Positions 46,672-60,600 of a DNA stretch of 64,000 bases are shown here, in pieces (within the stretch, counting starts at the first letter, position 1; every line of letters starts with the position of its first letter). Position numbers and translations under genes: made by a program. The DNA lies in the NCBI RefSeq assembly GCF_000143415.4, contig NW_003314295.1:1659950-1723949 (forward strand). The letters are read 5' to 3'. This DNA comes from Selaginella moellendorffii (Eukaryota > Plantae > Lycopodiophyta). The notes under the pieces are model-generated. The model saw only the letters and a program-made list of their open reading frames with translations. It was not told the DNA's origin and searched no databases.

Positions 46672-46814
46672 GAATATGCTCCAAGCCGCCATGGCATATT
46701 CCTATAGCGGTAGAATATCCTATAATGCGTCAGAATATACCAGAATATACCCCCTCGAGAGTATATTCTAGGTGCGGTAGAATATCTTAAATAATATTCC
46801 TCTGGAGTATATTC
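46672..46814. promoter_or_regulatory. Cluster of seven perfect P1BS (GNATATNC) elements plus two 1-mismatch copies
   Basis: GAATATGC 46672, GCATATTC 46694, GAATATCC 46713, GAATATAC 46733, GAATATAC 46743, GTATATTC 46761, GTATATTC 46807. Near matches GAATATCT 46780 and TAATATTC 46792. Confidence 0.8.
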
Positions 46815-46860
46815 TTCGAAATGAAGATGATCATCCTTTTTGGAGCCCTTTGGCGTGTGG

Positions 46861-48271
46861 ATGACGCAATTTCTGGAATCGTTCGAGGTGTTCGATCTCG
46901 CGCTGGGTAAGCCGCCGCTCCACTGCCTCCCCTGCAATGCGAGCGTCGGGGACGCCATTGCGATGGCGCGGGAGCTGGGAGTGGCGGAGATTAGCGTGTG
47001 GGACGCCAATCTCGCCAATTGCCTGGGCGTGGTCAACAATCTCGACGTCCTCTGCTTCCTCGCCGCGGATCACACCCTGCTGTGCGATCTGGAGGCCGCG
47101 CTCGCGCGTCCAATCGCCGGGCTGGTGCACAGGAGCTGGATCCAGCGCGTGGATCTCCACGAAAGGTACTTTTATCTATTTGGTAGATAGATTATTCCTT
47201 CTTCTACATGAATTGGATGTTCCACTATCGTGTAGACTGTCCAAGGCGCTGGAGCTCGTGATCAAGGGCGTGCAGTACCTCATTGTCCCTCTCCCCAAGA
47301 GATCTCGATCCACTCGCGCGATGGAGTTCGAGAGGAACAGTAGCAGCGGATCCTCGCGCTGGCCTCGCAAGGAAGTGTGCTGGATCAGCCAGGAGGCCGT
47401 GATGCGCTTCCTCATGAGCTGCATAGCCGCGTTTTGCCCGCTTCCACTCTTCACCATCGAGGAGCTCGGGATCATCAACCGCAGCTTTGCCTCCATCCAG
47501 CACGAGGACCCTGCGATCGAGGCGATCCAGATCATCCACCAGGCCTCCCAGGCGATGAGCGCAGTAGCAATCGTCGTCCCGGCAACTCCATCACCATCTC
47601 CTTCATCGGCGTCTTCCACTACCGAGAACCAGAGGAAGCTCAAGCTGGTGGGCGATATCTCGTCGTCCACGCTCCGCCGCCACGACGAGAATTTCGCCGC
47701 CGTCGCCGCGGCTCTCGCCACACTCTCCGCCGCCGACTTCCTCTCGTACGTCCGCGGAAGCAACAAGCGTAGCTCCAAGATCCTGGGAAAGTTGATCGAA
47801 ACTCGTCTCGCTCAAAAGGTGGCGGCGGCGGCGGCGGCGGCGGTGGCGGACGAAGATCAAGTTGCAGGAAAACCCCCGACGCCGCTGGATTCCTGCGAGG
47901 AGTCCTCGGACTCGGAGCAGGACTCCCATAGATCTGGAGGACTGACTTCGAGCTTCCAAAACTCTGGGAGCCGCGGCTGCTTGACGTGCCGGCCGTGGAG
48001 CTCGCTGGCGGCGGTCATGGCGCAAGCACTGTCGCACCAATGCGGCTACATCTGGGTGACGGAGTCAGAGAGCGAGAACACGGTGGTGGGGATTGTGACT
48101 TACGTTGATATGATCCGTGTGCTCGTCAAGAAGCTGGAAAAGGTGGGGCGCCTTGGATCCAGCCAGAAATTGTTCTCGTCGACGCCAAAGCTGGTCACGC
48201 GGCCGGATCAAAGCAGCCAGCAGCCACCACTCGTTCTGCCCGCCGACCACTTGAAGAGCAAGCATTCGTGA
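46861..48271 (+). CDS. CBS domain protein, CBSX5-like, 2 exons (46861-47165, 47237-48271)
   Basis: EV.DL.LGKP.L, ISVWD, DVLCFLA, GVQYLIVP, CWISQE.V.RF, LVGDIS, LATLSA.D, C..WSSL.AVMAQAL.H...Y.WV, VGIVT. Confidence 0.88.
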
Positions 48272-48647
48272 AAAAGAGGAGCTGTATACATTTGTGCGTG
48301 TGTATATCTTGTTCGTTCGCTATAAATTTGACAAAGTTTTCAGTAATATCTGGAGGAACTATGTATACCTGTGTCGACTGTCAAAATGTCGGCGATACAA
48401 TTGCCAAAAGGCCTGTGCATACGAAAATGGAAATTGATAATATCGGGAAAAGAGAAAAATAGAGAGAGGGAAAAGGCTAACCTGGTATTGTCCTGCGAAG
48501 AGACTAGCTGTGCCTTGTACCTACGCATGTGGGCAAGTTCCTTTCGGCTAAGAACTGACAAGCATCGAGAAGCTTGACTTTGTCTTCTTCTTCTTCTTCC
48601 ACAAATCGACCAACTTTGAGCTCTCTGTCTCGTTTTTCATTTTACAG

Positions 48648-51600
48648 CTATGATGCCGAGTGTTGCATCAACTCGAACCACTGTCAATTCCAAGAGTTAA
48701 GAGTATATTTGCCGTACAAAGAGGCGTACCTGTCTTAACAAATCTGCCAGTGTCCGGGGGAGTGCCTCAATATCCTTTAGAATGACGTAGTAGGGGAATG
48801 GGAAGGTGTCCAGGTATTTTGAGAACATCGGTGCTCCATTTGCGAACGTAACAGACTGCATCACAATTGTGGTCATTGTATTGAAAGGACTCGTATCAGA
48901 GGAGAAGCGTACCTGCATGTCCAAGAGAGATTCTTCGGGATTATCCAGGACCAGGAAAGCTAACAGCTGCCTTCTGCTCAGCGCGTCGCGGACACATCGC
49001 CTGAGACTTTCCTGCAGAAAACACGAGAGTGAGCTGAGGCAACACGTTCGGTGGAATTGACGGACCTTTTCGTGAAACCGGCCATCAGCTATGACCAGAA
49101 CCAGCTGCTGCAAATCCCTTTGCCCAGCCGGTGCATACCGAGTCGCCACCACGTTCAAGAAACGTGTAAGGTACTGTAGCAAATCGACCATTGGCTCATC
49201 TGATATTGTATTGTCCTGGCGAAACGAAAACTCCGATATAATCTGGTCCAAAAAGCCAACACCAAAACATTAGACCATGAGAAAACCATAAGATTGTACA
49301 AAAAGTACCTTGACTGCTGCTTCAGTTGAGAAAGGCTGATCCAAATCATGCAAAAGACGAACATTTCCTTTCTTCCCGAAGCTGGCCACGGCCATTTGGC
49401 CGACTTCCAGTTGCGTCATTCCTCTGCATATTGTAAGCAGCGCCTCCAGAGCCATGTGTCCGCAGTGGCTCTCCGACATGCTCCGAGAGTCATCTAGAGC
49501 AACGACGACCTGGTACTGCCGCTTGTTGGGCTTTGTTCGTCGCAGCCATATCTTATCTTTCCTGAACTCACTTGCTACAAACGGTATAATCTGAAAAATC
49601 AAGTATTCAAGGTTTAGTACAGGATCAAGACAATCTGTCACTCACCTTCTTCATGTTTAAGCGTTTGCCCGATTTGTAGTCACCCTGGAGTCTTGAGGCC
49701 AGCGTCGGCTCCAGTATCAAGCGGAGCTGCTCAGCCAGATCTTGAGACAGTCGGCCCGTCAGTTGCTCGTATTTTTGCCAAACTTTTCTTGCACTCTCCA
49801 CGTCATTGATGCCTGCTATCACTTCCGTCTCCAACTCTTGCCGAATGACTTGAGTATCGTCGTTCCACATCGAATTCTTTTGAAAGTTTTCGGGCCTTTC
49901 AAAAGAGATGAAACTTCCATCAGCGTGGAATCCTTCTTCGTCACGTGCTGCCGCCATCACCTCCTCTGATTCAGGAGCCTCTTGTCGTTCTGATGGTTTC
50001 TTCGTTGTATACGCTGTTTTGTCGTCCACGTCCATCATCTCCGTCAGTGTCTGCTGAGGTTGCTTGGAAGGACGGGACTCGTCGAGGGGAATGTTCTCTT
50101 CTTCCATGATCTCGTCGCTCTCATGCATCATTTTGCTGAAGTCGTCAGAGAGCTTCATCTGTTCGTCGGTTGCCGCACCCATTGCTTGTGCATTGCTCTT
50201 CTCGTCGTTTGAAACGTACTTGTAGGTGTCATCCTCACAGGTCTCCTTTGGTACGTCCATTTGGAGAGAATTATCAGCTTCTTTATCTTGTTCGTCTTCC
50301 ACCATCCTGGCCCTCTGCTGCCATTTCTTTAGAGCATTGCCAAGACTTCTGTAGGGATTAGCATCGAGCCTACTGAGGTCTTCATTTTTTTCGGACTCTG
50401 TCGGCAAGCTGGAAGAAGAAGCATAGTTTTCACTGCTGGCTGCCCCGGCACTTGGAGCTGCTTCGTTTTGCTGCTCGTGATTGTTGTCCCCTGCAGAAGG
50501 TTCCTCCCTCTTTGTACCATCCTCGAGGCTTTTTGACAAAGGATTATTTTTCGCCTTTGTCGCAATGCCGTATGGCATGGCACTTTTGTTGTCGGCGGCA
50601 GCATTTTCCGCATCGTCCATGTTTGTGTCCAGGTTCTCAAGTTGAGAATCATGTTGCTTTTCCTCGGCACTGGAAGGCTCCGCTTGCTTGCTTTCGTCTG
50701 TTCCAGCGGGTTCCTCAGTTTTGTCAACTTCTGCTTCTTTAGCTCCATCGTTTCCTGTTCCATTCTCGTCATCGTCGGACTCTTCTTCTACTTTATCCAG
50801 GTCCATGTCCTCTGGTAAGGAATTGTTGACGCCATTATTCGTTTGCTCTTCCTCCATGCTTGGAGCACATTCCTCATGGTTAGCATCTTGTTCCTGTTCG
50901 GCCGGGATTTCCTCTTCCATAACATCTATTTCTGCAGGTGATGGTTGTATGCCACTGGGATCTTCAAATGCGCTGTCTTCCGGAAAGTCTTCTTTATCCT
51001 CGGTGTGATTCTCCTTGTCCTCGGACTCAACCCGTGATTCCTTGTCTATCGGCTTCTTTTCGTCCAAGTCTTCCTCCTTGTCTTCTGACGAATCTTCGTT
51101 CTTACCCCGTAACTCCAAATCGTCATAACCTGCGTCTTTAACAGACTGTCCCTGCTCAACTGACTCCGTTCCCTCCCGAGACTCGTCTTCCTTGTCCCAC
51201 ATCTTCTCATCAACCACCTCTTCATTTTCACCTTGTTCTCCCATTTTTGATTCCAGCTTTTCATCACCATCTTCATCTCCGTCGCTTTCGTTTGACTCGT
51301 CTTCACTAACGTCAAACATTTCTCCGTTGAAGTCTTCCTCCATTTCGATTCCTTTGTCAAGCTTCTCATTATCCTTGCGATCCGTGGGAGCATCCTGCCC
51401 AAATAGAAAAACGTTGAAACAACACTCAGTAAAAAAAAGACTTCACCTCGCTTCCAAGGAGTTGTTGCTCGTCTTCTATTTGTTCACTGACGTCTTTTGT
51501 TCCTTGGCCTTCTCCCATACCGGTCCCTTCAGCGGCCTGAAACTTGTCTGATTCTTCGCCATCTTCCTCACGAGCTCCACAAAACCCTTCACGATTCAGT

Positions 51601-54600
51601 TGACTGAGCACACTTAAAATTATGTAGCCCAGCTTTGCAGTCTGCATGAAGCATTGATTAACCCACAACCAAGAAAAATCTTTTAGACGTACCGCTTTAT
51701 GTAACTCGATATAATCACACAGCACTGTTGCACCCGCGGGAACCAGTAAGTTCAGAAGTAAGGACAAGGAGCGTACAAAATTTACGAAAGGAAGCCCCAA
51801 CTCATCTAGTCCATCGTCCAAAAGCTTCACCTGTAAAAAGAAATAGTAACAAGTTCCAAATACTTGAAGCTTACCACATGATTAATCGTGCCCACCGAAG
51901 ATTTATATATTTGATCAAGGCGTAGAGCTGCCACCGATTCTTCCAGTAGCGATTCAAACGTATGGACGGTATTCTCGGCTGGCAATGAAGCATCTGCCAG
52001 GCTTTGAACCTTTTGGCCCGCAAGCCGAACTTGAGAAAGAGCTTCATCATATCGTGATGCAATGCTGGCTAGTCCATTTTCGGAGGGTGAGCATGTTTTA
52101 GCAGCAGGACGCACCTTGGACACTTCCACGCCCTGCAAAAAGATTGTTGGATTAAGAAATAAAACTCGAAATGCTTACTTTCTGAAGCAGCTGTTGAGCT
52201 GGTGTGAGCAAAATATTGACAGGACCATCTCCATGAGAATTCTCCGATATCAGCATGCTGATTGTACGCTCCGTTTCATCAATAACCTTAAAGTTATTAT
52301 GAACGATTTCAGACATGTCTCTGGTAATAATAAGAAGACTATCATCTCCTTTCGCCACATAAGTTCCAAGAACAAGTTGTTTATCGAGTACAGCCTGAGC
52401 ATTTACAATGTTAATAACTTTCAAGTAGATCAGATGAGAGGCTACCTTGCAAGTTTGAAGTTTTTCCAAACAAGCTTTGAGCTTGACACTGAGAACATCT
52501 GCTTCAGGTTTCGCTGCGGATTCAACCTTTTGTACAGTATCAAAGAAAAGCTTTAATTCTGCAAACTGCTGACAAATTTCATCAAGTAAACTCTGCAACA
52601 AAAAGACAATGTCAGAAACAGATGGAGAGAACGTAATCCACCTTTTGCTGCCACATAAGGTGGCGTGTAGATCCCTGCTTTGGTAATGGCTCGGCATCTA
52701 AGCATTAAAAAAATGAGATGGATTTCAAGACTGTAAAATTTGAATGCATACCAAGAATTTCCAGTTGTCTGGTAAGTTCAGCGACTGCAGCTAGGCTAGA
52801 AGAGAACTCATGTATTTTCCGCCGCTGTTTTTGTTGCAAATAAAGCGTATACTCCATGTAACGAATGAATTTATCAACCTAGTGAATGCAATTTATAAAG
52901 GATATCATCAACATAGAAACAAACGTACCTCTGCGTGGTCAAGGTCTTCGTGGCATTTTGAGCTTTTGATCGCCAGTAACAGAGCAATATTATCAAAGTA
53001 GTAATCCTTTGCTCGCTCCCAAACTGGCAACGAACTTTGTCTCAAAAGTGACGCAATATTACACCGGTCCGCAGCTTCTAAACTGTCACGTGTTAGCGTG
53101 CTAAGCTCGGCTACGGGCTGTTGAAACCAGTTTTCAATCCCACGCATATCCTGCGAGCACAGAAGATTAGCACGGAAAATGAGCCAAAAAGATTACCTTT
53201 GGCACTTCAGACTTATACTGAGATATGCCTAAGTCCTTGAGGCTTTTTCGAAGATCAACAAGCGCCTTCTTCTTCAGAGCACGGCTTTTATTCTCCTGAC
53301 TCAATTCCGTGGATCGAGATATAACTGCGACGGCTAACGCATCCAGTAACGCCGGTCCGGTTTGCCTCATTTCACGTGCTGAATTTTCAAAAAAGCAGCT
53401 GGACAACAGTGGCCCGAGTTTTCGAGCAGTATTTAGCATCTTTGTCTCGAATACACCATCACCTACAAAAACGATTAAGGTAACGGTGATGAATGTCATA
53501 GGACTACCTTTCGAAATGGACATCATGGTGCCAACAGTGCTTGAGCAAAATTGCGTCCAGTTTTTCTCCAGAGAGAACCTACGGCAGCGATCATTTTGAG
53601 TGCTTTAGAAATTGTAAAACTTACGGCTCTGATAAAGCATCCTCGTTAATTTTCCTACTAGATCGATCCTCTACACGCTTGCTCTTGCATAAATCAATAA
53701 CAGGGCGTTTAAGAAAATCCTGTCACAGGAAAATGTTAATCGAGCTTAAATGAAACAGACTTCAAACCTCGTATTTTCGAATGATCTTATGCAGCTTCCT
53801 GTGAGACCTTTCTGCCGTGGAAACTACTGAATGGTAATTGTAGTCTTCCCACTTCGCGAGTCGAGCAAAGTCGGCCAGTTCTTTTGAAAACGGCTCTTTT
53901 CCAGAGCTCAGTGCATCTTGAACTCTGAATAACCACTGTAAGCGAAACCAAATGTCAAAAAGTTCTTACGCTGGTATCCATCGCGAATAATAATGTAGCA
54001 AATTGTACAAAGTAAATGACAGCCTTTCGTGGATATAACTGAACAAAAGAGATATCTATAAAGAAACAGAAACACAAGAAAAGTACCTGATGCGAGAAAA
54101 GAACCCAAATTCAAGATAAAACGCCTCAATGAGCCCCAAGCGACATTGAAACTCGCCTATCGGGCAGGATAGCAAAAACTCTTCGCAGCTGAAATATTGC
54201 ATGTAAGAAAGCGTTCACGAAACTAGAAAACAGACCTTTCAATAATAGTTTTCACCTGTAAGCCTTCACCTTGATGAAGTAAATCGTAAAAAGAAAACCA
54301 CATCTGCACAACGAAGAATTAAGTATTTACAAGTTTAAAGCTACGAAACTTAATCACCTGCTTCGCATTTGCTTCCTGCTGCCGATCCACATTTTCTAAT
54401 AACTGCGGCCAGCTTTCAAGCTCCATTCGTCTCCATTGCAATACAAGCTTGGAAACTTGTGTCAACACCTCTACAAGAAGATTTTACAAGAGGGTTACGA
54501 CCTTAAGGCAGGAAAATTTACCAGCCAAAGAAAACTGCTTTGAAGCACTCTGCTCCCAAACTTGAGATTTGGCAAGGACCAGTTCCAACCCTGAAACCGC

Positions 54601-57600
54601 CTGATAAAGACGAAACAATTAATTGGTTTGGGAATGGAAAAAACGAAGGCGTACCTTGACAATTGGAGAAGACGCAGGAATGGAAAGCAGCGACTCCACG
54701 AATTGCATAACTTGAAGTAGCACTGGATGCTCAGGCCATTCTTCCAATAGAATATGGATTCGCCGTGCTAGATTTTCAATCGGTCCAAGCATTTTCGAAA
54801 GCTCAGAGGGAAATGCGTCCTGTAAAACTCGTCGAGATTGAAAAGAAGAAACCATCGTAGGCAAGTTACCTTGTAAATATTAAATTTGTCGATCGTTTTA
54901 TTCGAGAAGTTCCCGTGTTCCAGGCTTAATTTTACCAAATGAGCTGGATACAGAAGCGTATCGAGGAACTGAGGTACAGCATGTCCGATTCCTGTTACAC
55001 ACACATTATGCGAGCGTCAAAAAAGGCATGTACAAAAACTGCAAACTAACCTTCTAAAATGCATCTGCCACTGTTGTAGGAGATTAAAAACTCTGTCATC
55101 CGATCGTCATCAGAAACACTTTTATTTATCTGCACAAGAAAAATATCAAACAAAGGATTATGAATAAACCCGATTCAAACCTCCAGTTTGGAAAAAATAC
55201 GCTGGTACATCCAGAGAACTTTTTTCAACATTTCGTCTTGGAGGTAGGCTAGCTTTGCTTTAAAAGCCGCATCGGATTCATGGTCATTAGTAGGAACCAG
55301 TTTCTGGACCTATAAGTGAAATTTGTTAAAACACAAACTGTCACAACCTGTAGCTTACCTCATATCCATCCGAAACTTCATCCAAGTTTTCCACAGACCA
55401 ATACGATGGAAAGAGCTCCTTAAATGTTGCTTCATCCTCCTCCGGCTCTCCACCTAAACTTACGAAGCGAATTTGGTCCGAATCCTCCGTATCATTCGCT
55501 TTGCGAAATGCACGTATTTGTTTCCATATTCCTATGATTGAGTTTACCAAATCTTGAAGAAGCTGAAAGCGAACAATTCAGTAACGTAGGTTCTGACAAA
55601 GAAACTGACCTTCATATGGCTGTCTGTAATAGTCTTCGAATGCACGAACTCACGTGTAAGACGTGAGAGTGCACACACGAGGACAGAAACTTTAAGTTCT
55701 AGCTCCGAAGACTGTAACAGAAACATGAATAACGTTGCGACATAAGAACAGCTACAAACCTTAGGATCAGACTTGAAACGGATCGCCTTCTCAATCAATT
55801 TCTCCACGGAATGATCCGTTAGCTCGCCTACAACGTCCAGAGCAGGCACCAAACTGTCTAGCCGCGGGATAGACGGAAAGCACATAAGAGAGCATACAGC
55901 GTTCTGCAAACACAGTTTTAGCAACAAAAGAAAGAGAGAATTTTTTACGTACAGTGCAAGTGTCCAAGTCTCCACGCTTTTCAAATACACGACCATTCTC
56001 ATAAGCTACACTGTGAAGGGATAGACCATATTTCAACTCGTATATGCCCAGCTGAAATGGTTGAATAACGTCTCGGTAAGAGTTGAACCGAGTTGAGAGC
56101 TGCCGAATAAAACTTGTGGCATTGTCCTGCCAGGCAGTGATTCCCTTCACCGCCATTTCTGCATCCATGCCATGAGCCAGCGCCTCAACAAACATGTTAA
56201 TTCTGGCGAGACTTCCGACTGACTGCATAAAGTGCCCAGCCTCTTTGATGAACTCATAAAATTGAGGAGGCGATGGACGAGAAACGAGCTGTAAAAAACA
56301 TGATGTTAGACTCAAATAGCAAGAAAAGCTAGGAATTTTCAGACCTTGGACTTTAGTTTCTCCACGTTCTCCTCGATATTCTTTTGCTTGTTGACCAACA
56401 TTTTCATTGTCGCTCCGTTGTCTTTGCCGCCTCTGACATATAAGTTGCTCTCGTTCCTCACCTGCATTAGTATATATGAATTACCATCCCAGTCTTTCGT
56501 AAATGACAGACCTGTATTTCAATGTTGACGATCTTCAGTTTGTCAGACAAAACTTGATGTTTGTATAAGTATTTCGCCATGGGATCGACTCCGTAACCAA
56601 GCATTAACAACTCCAATCGCATTCTTCCGACAAGTAGCCACACTTGACCGAGTCTGACCAAACGGTCTGAAACACAAACATGTAAGTCGCAAATGCATGT
56701 TTTTTGAAATACTACCGTAATAAGCCAGTTGATGCCAATGAGTGGAATACATCTGCTTGATGCATGGTACCATTAGCTCTTGTACGAGATTATGCAGCTC
56801 TGGATCCTGTGGGATCTGAAGCAGCTTCATTAAGTCGTTCGTATTATCTGTAGGAGGTTCGTGATTCTGTAAAGCTGAAATGAATACTTGACATTGTCTA
56901 GAAGGTTTTTACCTCTTGGATGTGAGCATGAAGAGCGGAAAGAAGCGGAAAAATCAAGTCCATTTGTGGAAATAACTTCTTATGGGAATACATAACCTGA
57001 AAGTTTACTGTGGATATAGTACTGCAAACAATTTTCATATACCTGTTGTATAACAGCGCTAAGGTATGATATATCAGCGGTTACGGGGTCTGAAATAGAA
57101 GAATATGAAGAAAACCAGGACCTTTCTAGCCCAATTTTCAATTGATGCAATTTAGCATGATACTCTTTCACTTTTGCATAACCATCACTACACAAAATAC
57201 AAACGTGAGCACCTATCAAGAGCAATGCAAAAGCGCTTACGTTACAGAAGCAGCAAAAATTGTTTCTGAAGGCCGAAAACGGAGGGACGCGCCAGCTTTT
57301 AAGGATGAATCGTTCCATAAGTTTGTGTGCCAGTTGAAAACCATCTCGTGCGTATAATGACTAACACTCGCCGCTGTGGTCTAACGTAAGAGTCGCGAAA
57401 ATATTAAACAAGATAATACCAGATGCATTCGAAGGATCAGAATCCAGCAGCCACATAACGTGCTGGTGTGGAACAAAGTCCACAGAAGGTCTTGACAAGA
57501 CTTTCATGGAAAACGATACGACATGATGTAGAAGCTTGCTCTGTAGCCCCTGAAAATGAGAAGGCCCAATAAAAACGTTGAGTTGTGTACAGAAACTTAC

Positions 57601-60600
57601 CATTCTTTCGAACAACTCCATATAGTTTTCATTATACGTAAACTCCGCAACTGAGGGTAAAAACTTTGAGATAAGGCTTCCATCCAGCAATAAAGCCCGA
57701 TGGCGAGAAAGAGGATGCAACTTTTGCCAAAAATCTTGGCCAGTTGACCAGAAAAGAAGACTTCTCGAGAACTTTTCAATTTTGTGACACCCAGAACTGC
57801 AAAAGCTTTGCGGTGTGTGATGCATGTCCGATTTGATGAACGGTATAAGCTGCTTTTCGGAAGATGGTAGTTTTGCACGTTCAGAGTTTAGCCTCTTCGA
57901 GACCGCCTGTAAGGAAGTATGATAGAAATAAGCAATACAGTATAGACAATTTGGTAGATTACCTCCCCCATCTCCACAGCGGTGTTAAAACCATAGGCTC
58001 CACCAGAACGACCAATGCAAGATATCATGCTCAATCCTGTCAGCAGATCGAGAATTGCGATAGCGAGTATTGACAACGAAACTCTTACCTTCCAGAATCA
58101 TCAGCCACAATTTTGAGTCCGAACGCAGATAAAGCTTCTCTTGGCTCTCTGGAAAATCCTATTATAACCAGAAATTAAATACCGCAACATCATACCTCCG
58201 ATCCATAAGCTTTCAGATAAAGCTAACATGCTGCGTTCCAATTCGAAAAACTCAACGGAATGAGGGACCTGTGGATGTCCACCATACTTCCATAAATATG
58301 GCTTTGCACATCCTGCATTTCCAACGTTTAAGGCCGCATCCATCGCTGGCACAAGGTTGAAGGCACCCTGGACTGCGTCCCGGAGATTATTCTGGTAAAA
58401 TCAGAACGTTCAGACAAGCAAAGACATAAAACAAAGTAGAAAGAACCTTCTTGTTGAGCTCTAAGATGCTGTGCTTCATCGTTTTCCAGCAGAACCGAAC
58501 AAAGTCCAGTTCGGCATTTGGATCCTGTATGGCTCCCCAGAGTGACTCATGAGAGTCAAACAATACGAGCTCAATAGATGAGCCGCTTTCGAGCACCACA
58601 AGTGCTTCCTCAACCCTTCTGATAGAGAGCAATAGCGGATATAGCCACGTAAACTTCCCGCTACAAACATTAGCAGCGGCTCCCAGCGATGGCATATGAC
58701 GGAGATATGACTGCATTATGGGACTTGCCGTCTGATGAGCGCTCAAAGCTGACTGGAGAAACTGATCTTCCGTCTTCCACTGGAGATACCATCGCCTTAA
58801 CGATGTCACCTTGCTCGCTGTCGCTATAAGCCGCCTCCATAATACTTTCCCATCCTCTCGCATGCCCTCCAATCGAGCGTCACTCTCGATAAGGCAGTTC
58901 TGGTTCACGAAGGACAAGCCTGTTCCCTCTGAATCCATCATACCCTTGAAGCTATTCCATGTGTCTCTTAGCTCCTTCACCAGAGTTATTACTTTGTTGT
59001 CGAGGTGGCCGCCAAGCTCGGTGGTACCGAGGCCTTTTTCTAGCACCATCAAGCAGTTGACTATCCTTGGAAGCTTGACTGCTAGCTTTCCAATAAGGTT
59101 CTGGAGCCACTGAACCCGGCGTTGAGTATCAAAGACCGGTGCCTGCTCCAAAGCCCATGAGATCGCAAATTCAAGCTGCTTCTCCATTTCTGCAAAGTTG
59201 ACGCTGGTAGTAAGCGGTAAATCAACCCCGTGTTCTGAAGTCTGCAAGTATCTCAGTAACTTCTGAGGGAAATGTACACTGACATCCTTGATGCTCCATA
59301 GCCACTCGCGCAGAGCAGACGTTCCGGACGGAGACCGCAACAGTGCGCGGCTTTGAAACATAATCTCCAACGCCTGCATTTTGGATGCGATGTACTCGAC
59401 ATATCTGCAGTCCCGCTTGACAACAGCTTCCTGCGACCTTGAGCAATAGTCTCGAAGAGACAGTGGTGATGGCCATCCCCCGGGAACATAAAAGGATGCT
59501 TCATATGTAAGCTCTAGAGAGCATATCTGGCGCTGAAATATAACCCTGGCACTCGACTGTAGCTCCGCAGTGATACAAGCCAAATATGACTGCTCCCAGC
59601 TATATACCATGCTCGAATAGAAGTTCCCACCCCGTTCAAGTAGAACCTGAAGCAAGCTTAACCACTGGCCCAGCTCCCGGTAAGTAATACCGAAAGGATG
59701 ACCCTTCGTAAGCGACCTTACTTCCAAATGTAGCCTGGTTATTGCATCAACAAGCTGCAGCCCGGGGACTCCGAAAGACTCTACCACGCGTTTGGTATCG
59801 TGATATTCAGTTTCGGGTTCGATGTCTCGTATCATGTATAGTTCCACACCACGATTACGCATTGCTCTCGAGACTTCGCCATTTGCCGGATCCAGTGTCA
59901 GGAAAAGACGAAAGTTGGGGTGAGCCTTAACCACCATAGCCTGGCCGTGGACAAGACCCCGCTCGTTAACCATGAGACTGCCGCTCGACTCAAGAAGTGA
60001 ATTTAGCCGGTCCAGCACCTGCAAAACAAAAACTCGAATGAAAATTTTAAAATAAAACGCATAATGCATACCGTGGGATTGCAGAGGTTGGCATTTTCTA
60101 GAAGAACCCATGCTCCGCATTCCACTGCTCTCAAAAGGTCTCCGTCAATCCATTCGAAACGACCAACGTTGCCTTCCCGCTTAATATCCAGTGCACTTAA
60201 CAATGTCCGGAGCTTTCCGAGGCCGAAATCCGATGTCCCACTAGTACTCGGAAGAGCTGTTTGAAGCTGCTCCAAAAACTGCTTCAGCATACTTACGGTG
60301 GATTTTCTTGCGCCATCGACTTGAAACACCTGAGTCTTTTGAAGTGTAGACCAGCTGGCCAGAATATTTTTAACTATACCGATCCTTCTGTCTGGTGAGT
60401 AATCCCCAACGGCCTGAGATAAAAAGAAACTACAAACCGCTTGAGCTGAAACATTTGCAGCAGCGATAGCTTCCCGTATGCAGCGAGATGTGTCATGCTG
60501 TTCGAAGCAGCCAAGAAGCTCTGTAGTGTCTGTAGAACCCGACATGTTGTACTCGAAGAGAGAATTCCCGGTAAGCTCCGCCAGCGTGCGAACCATCGTA

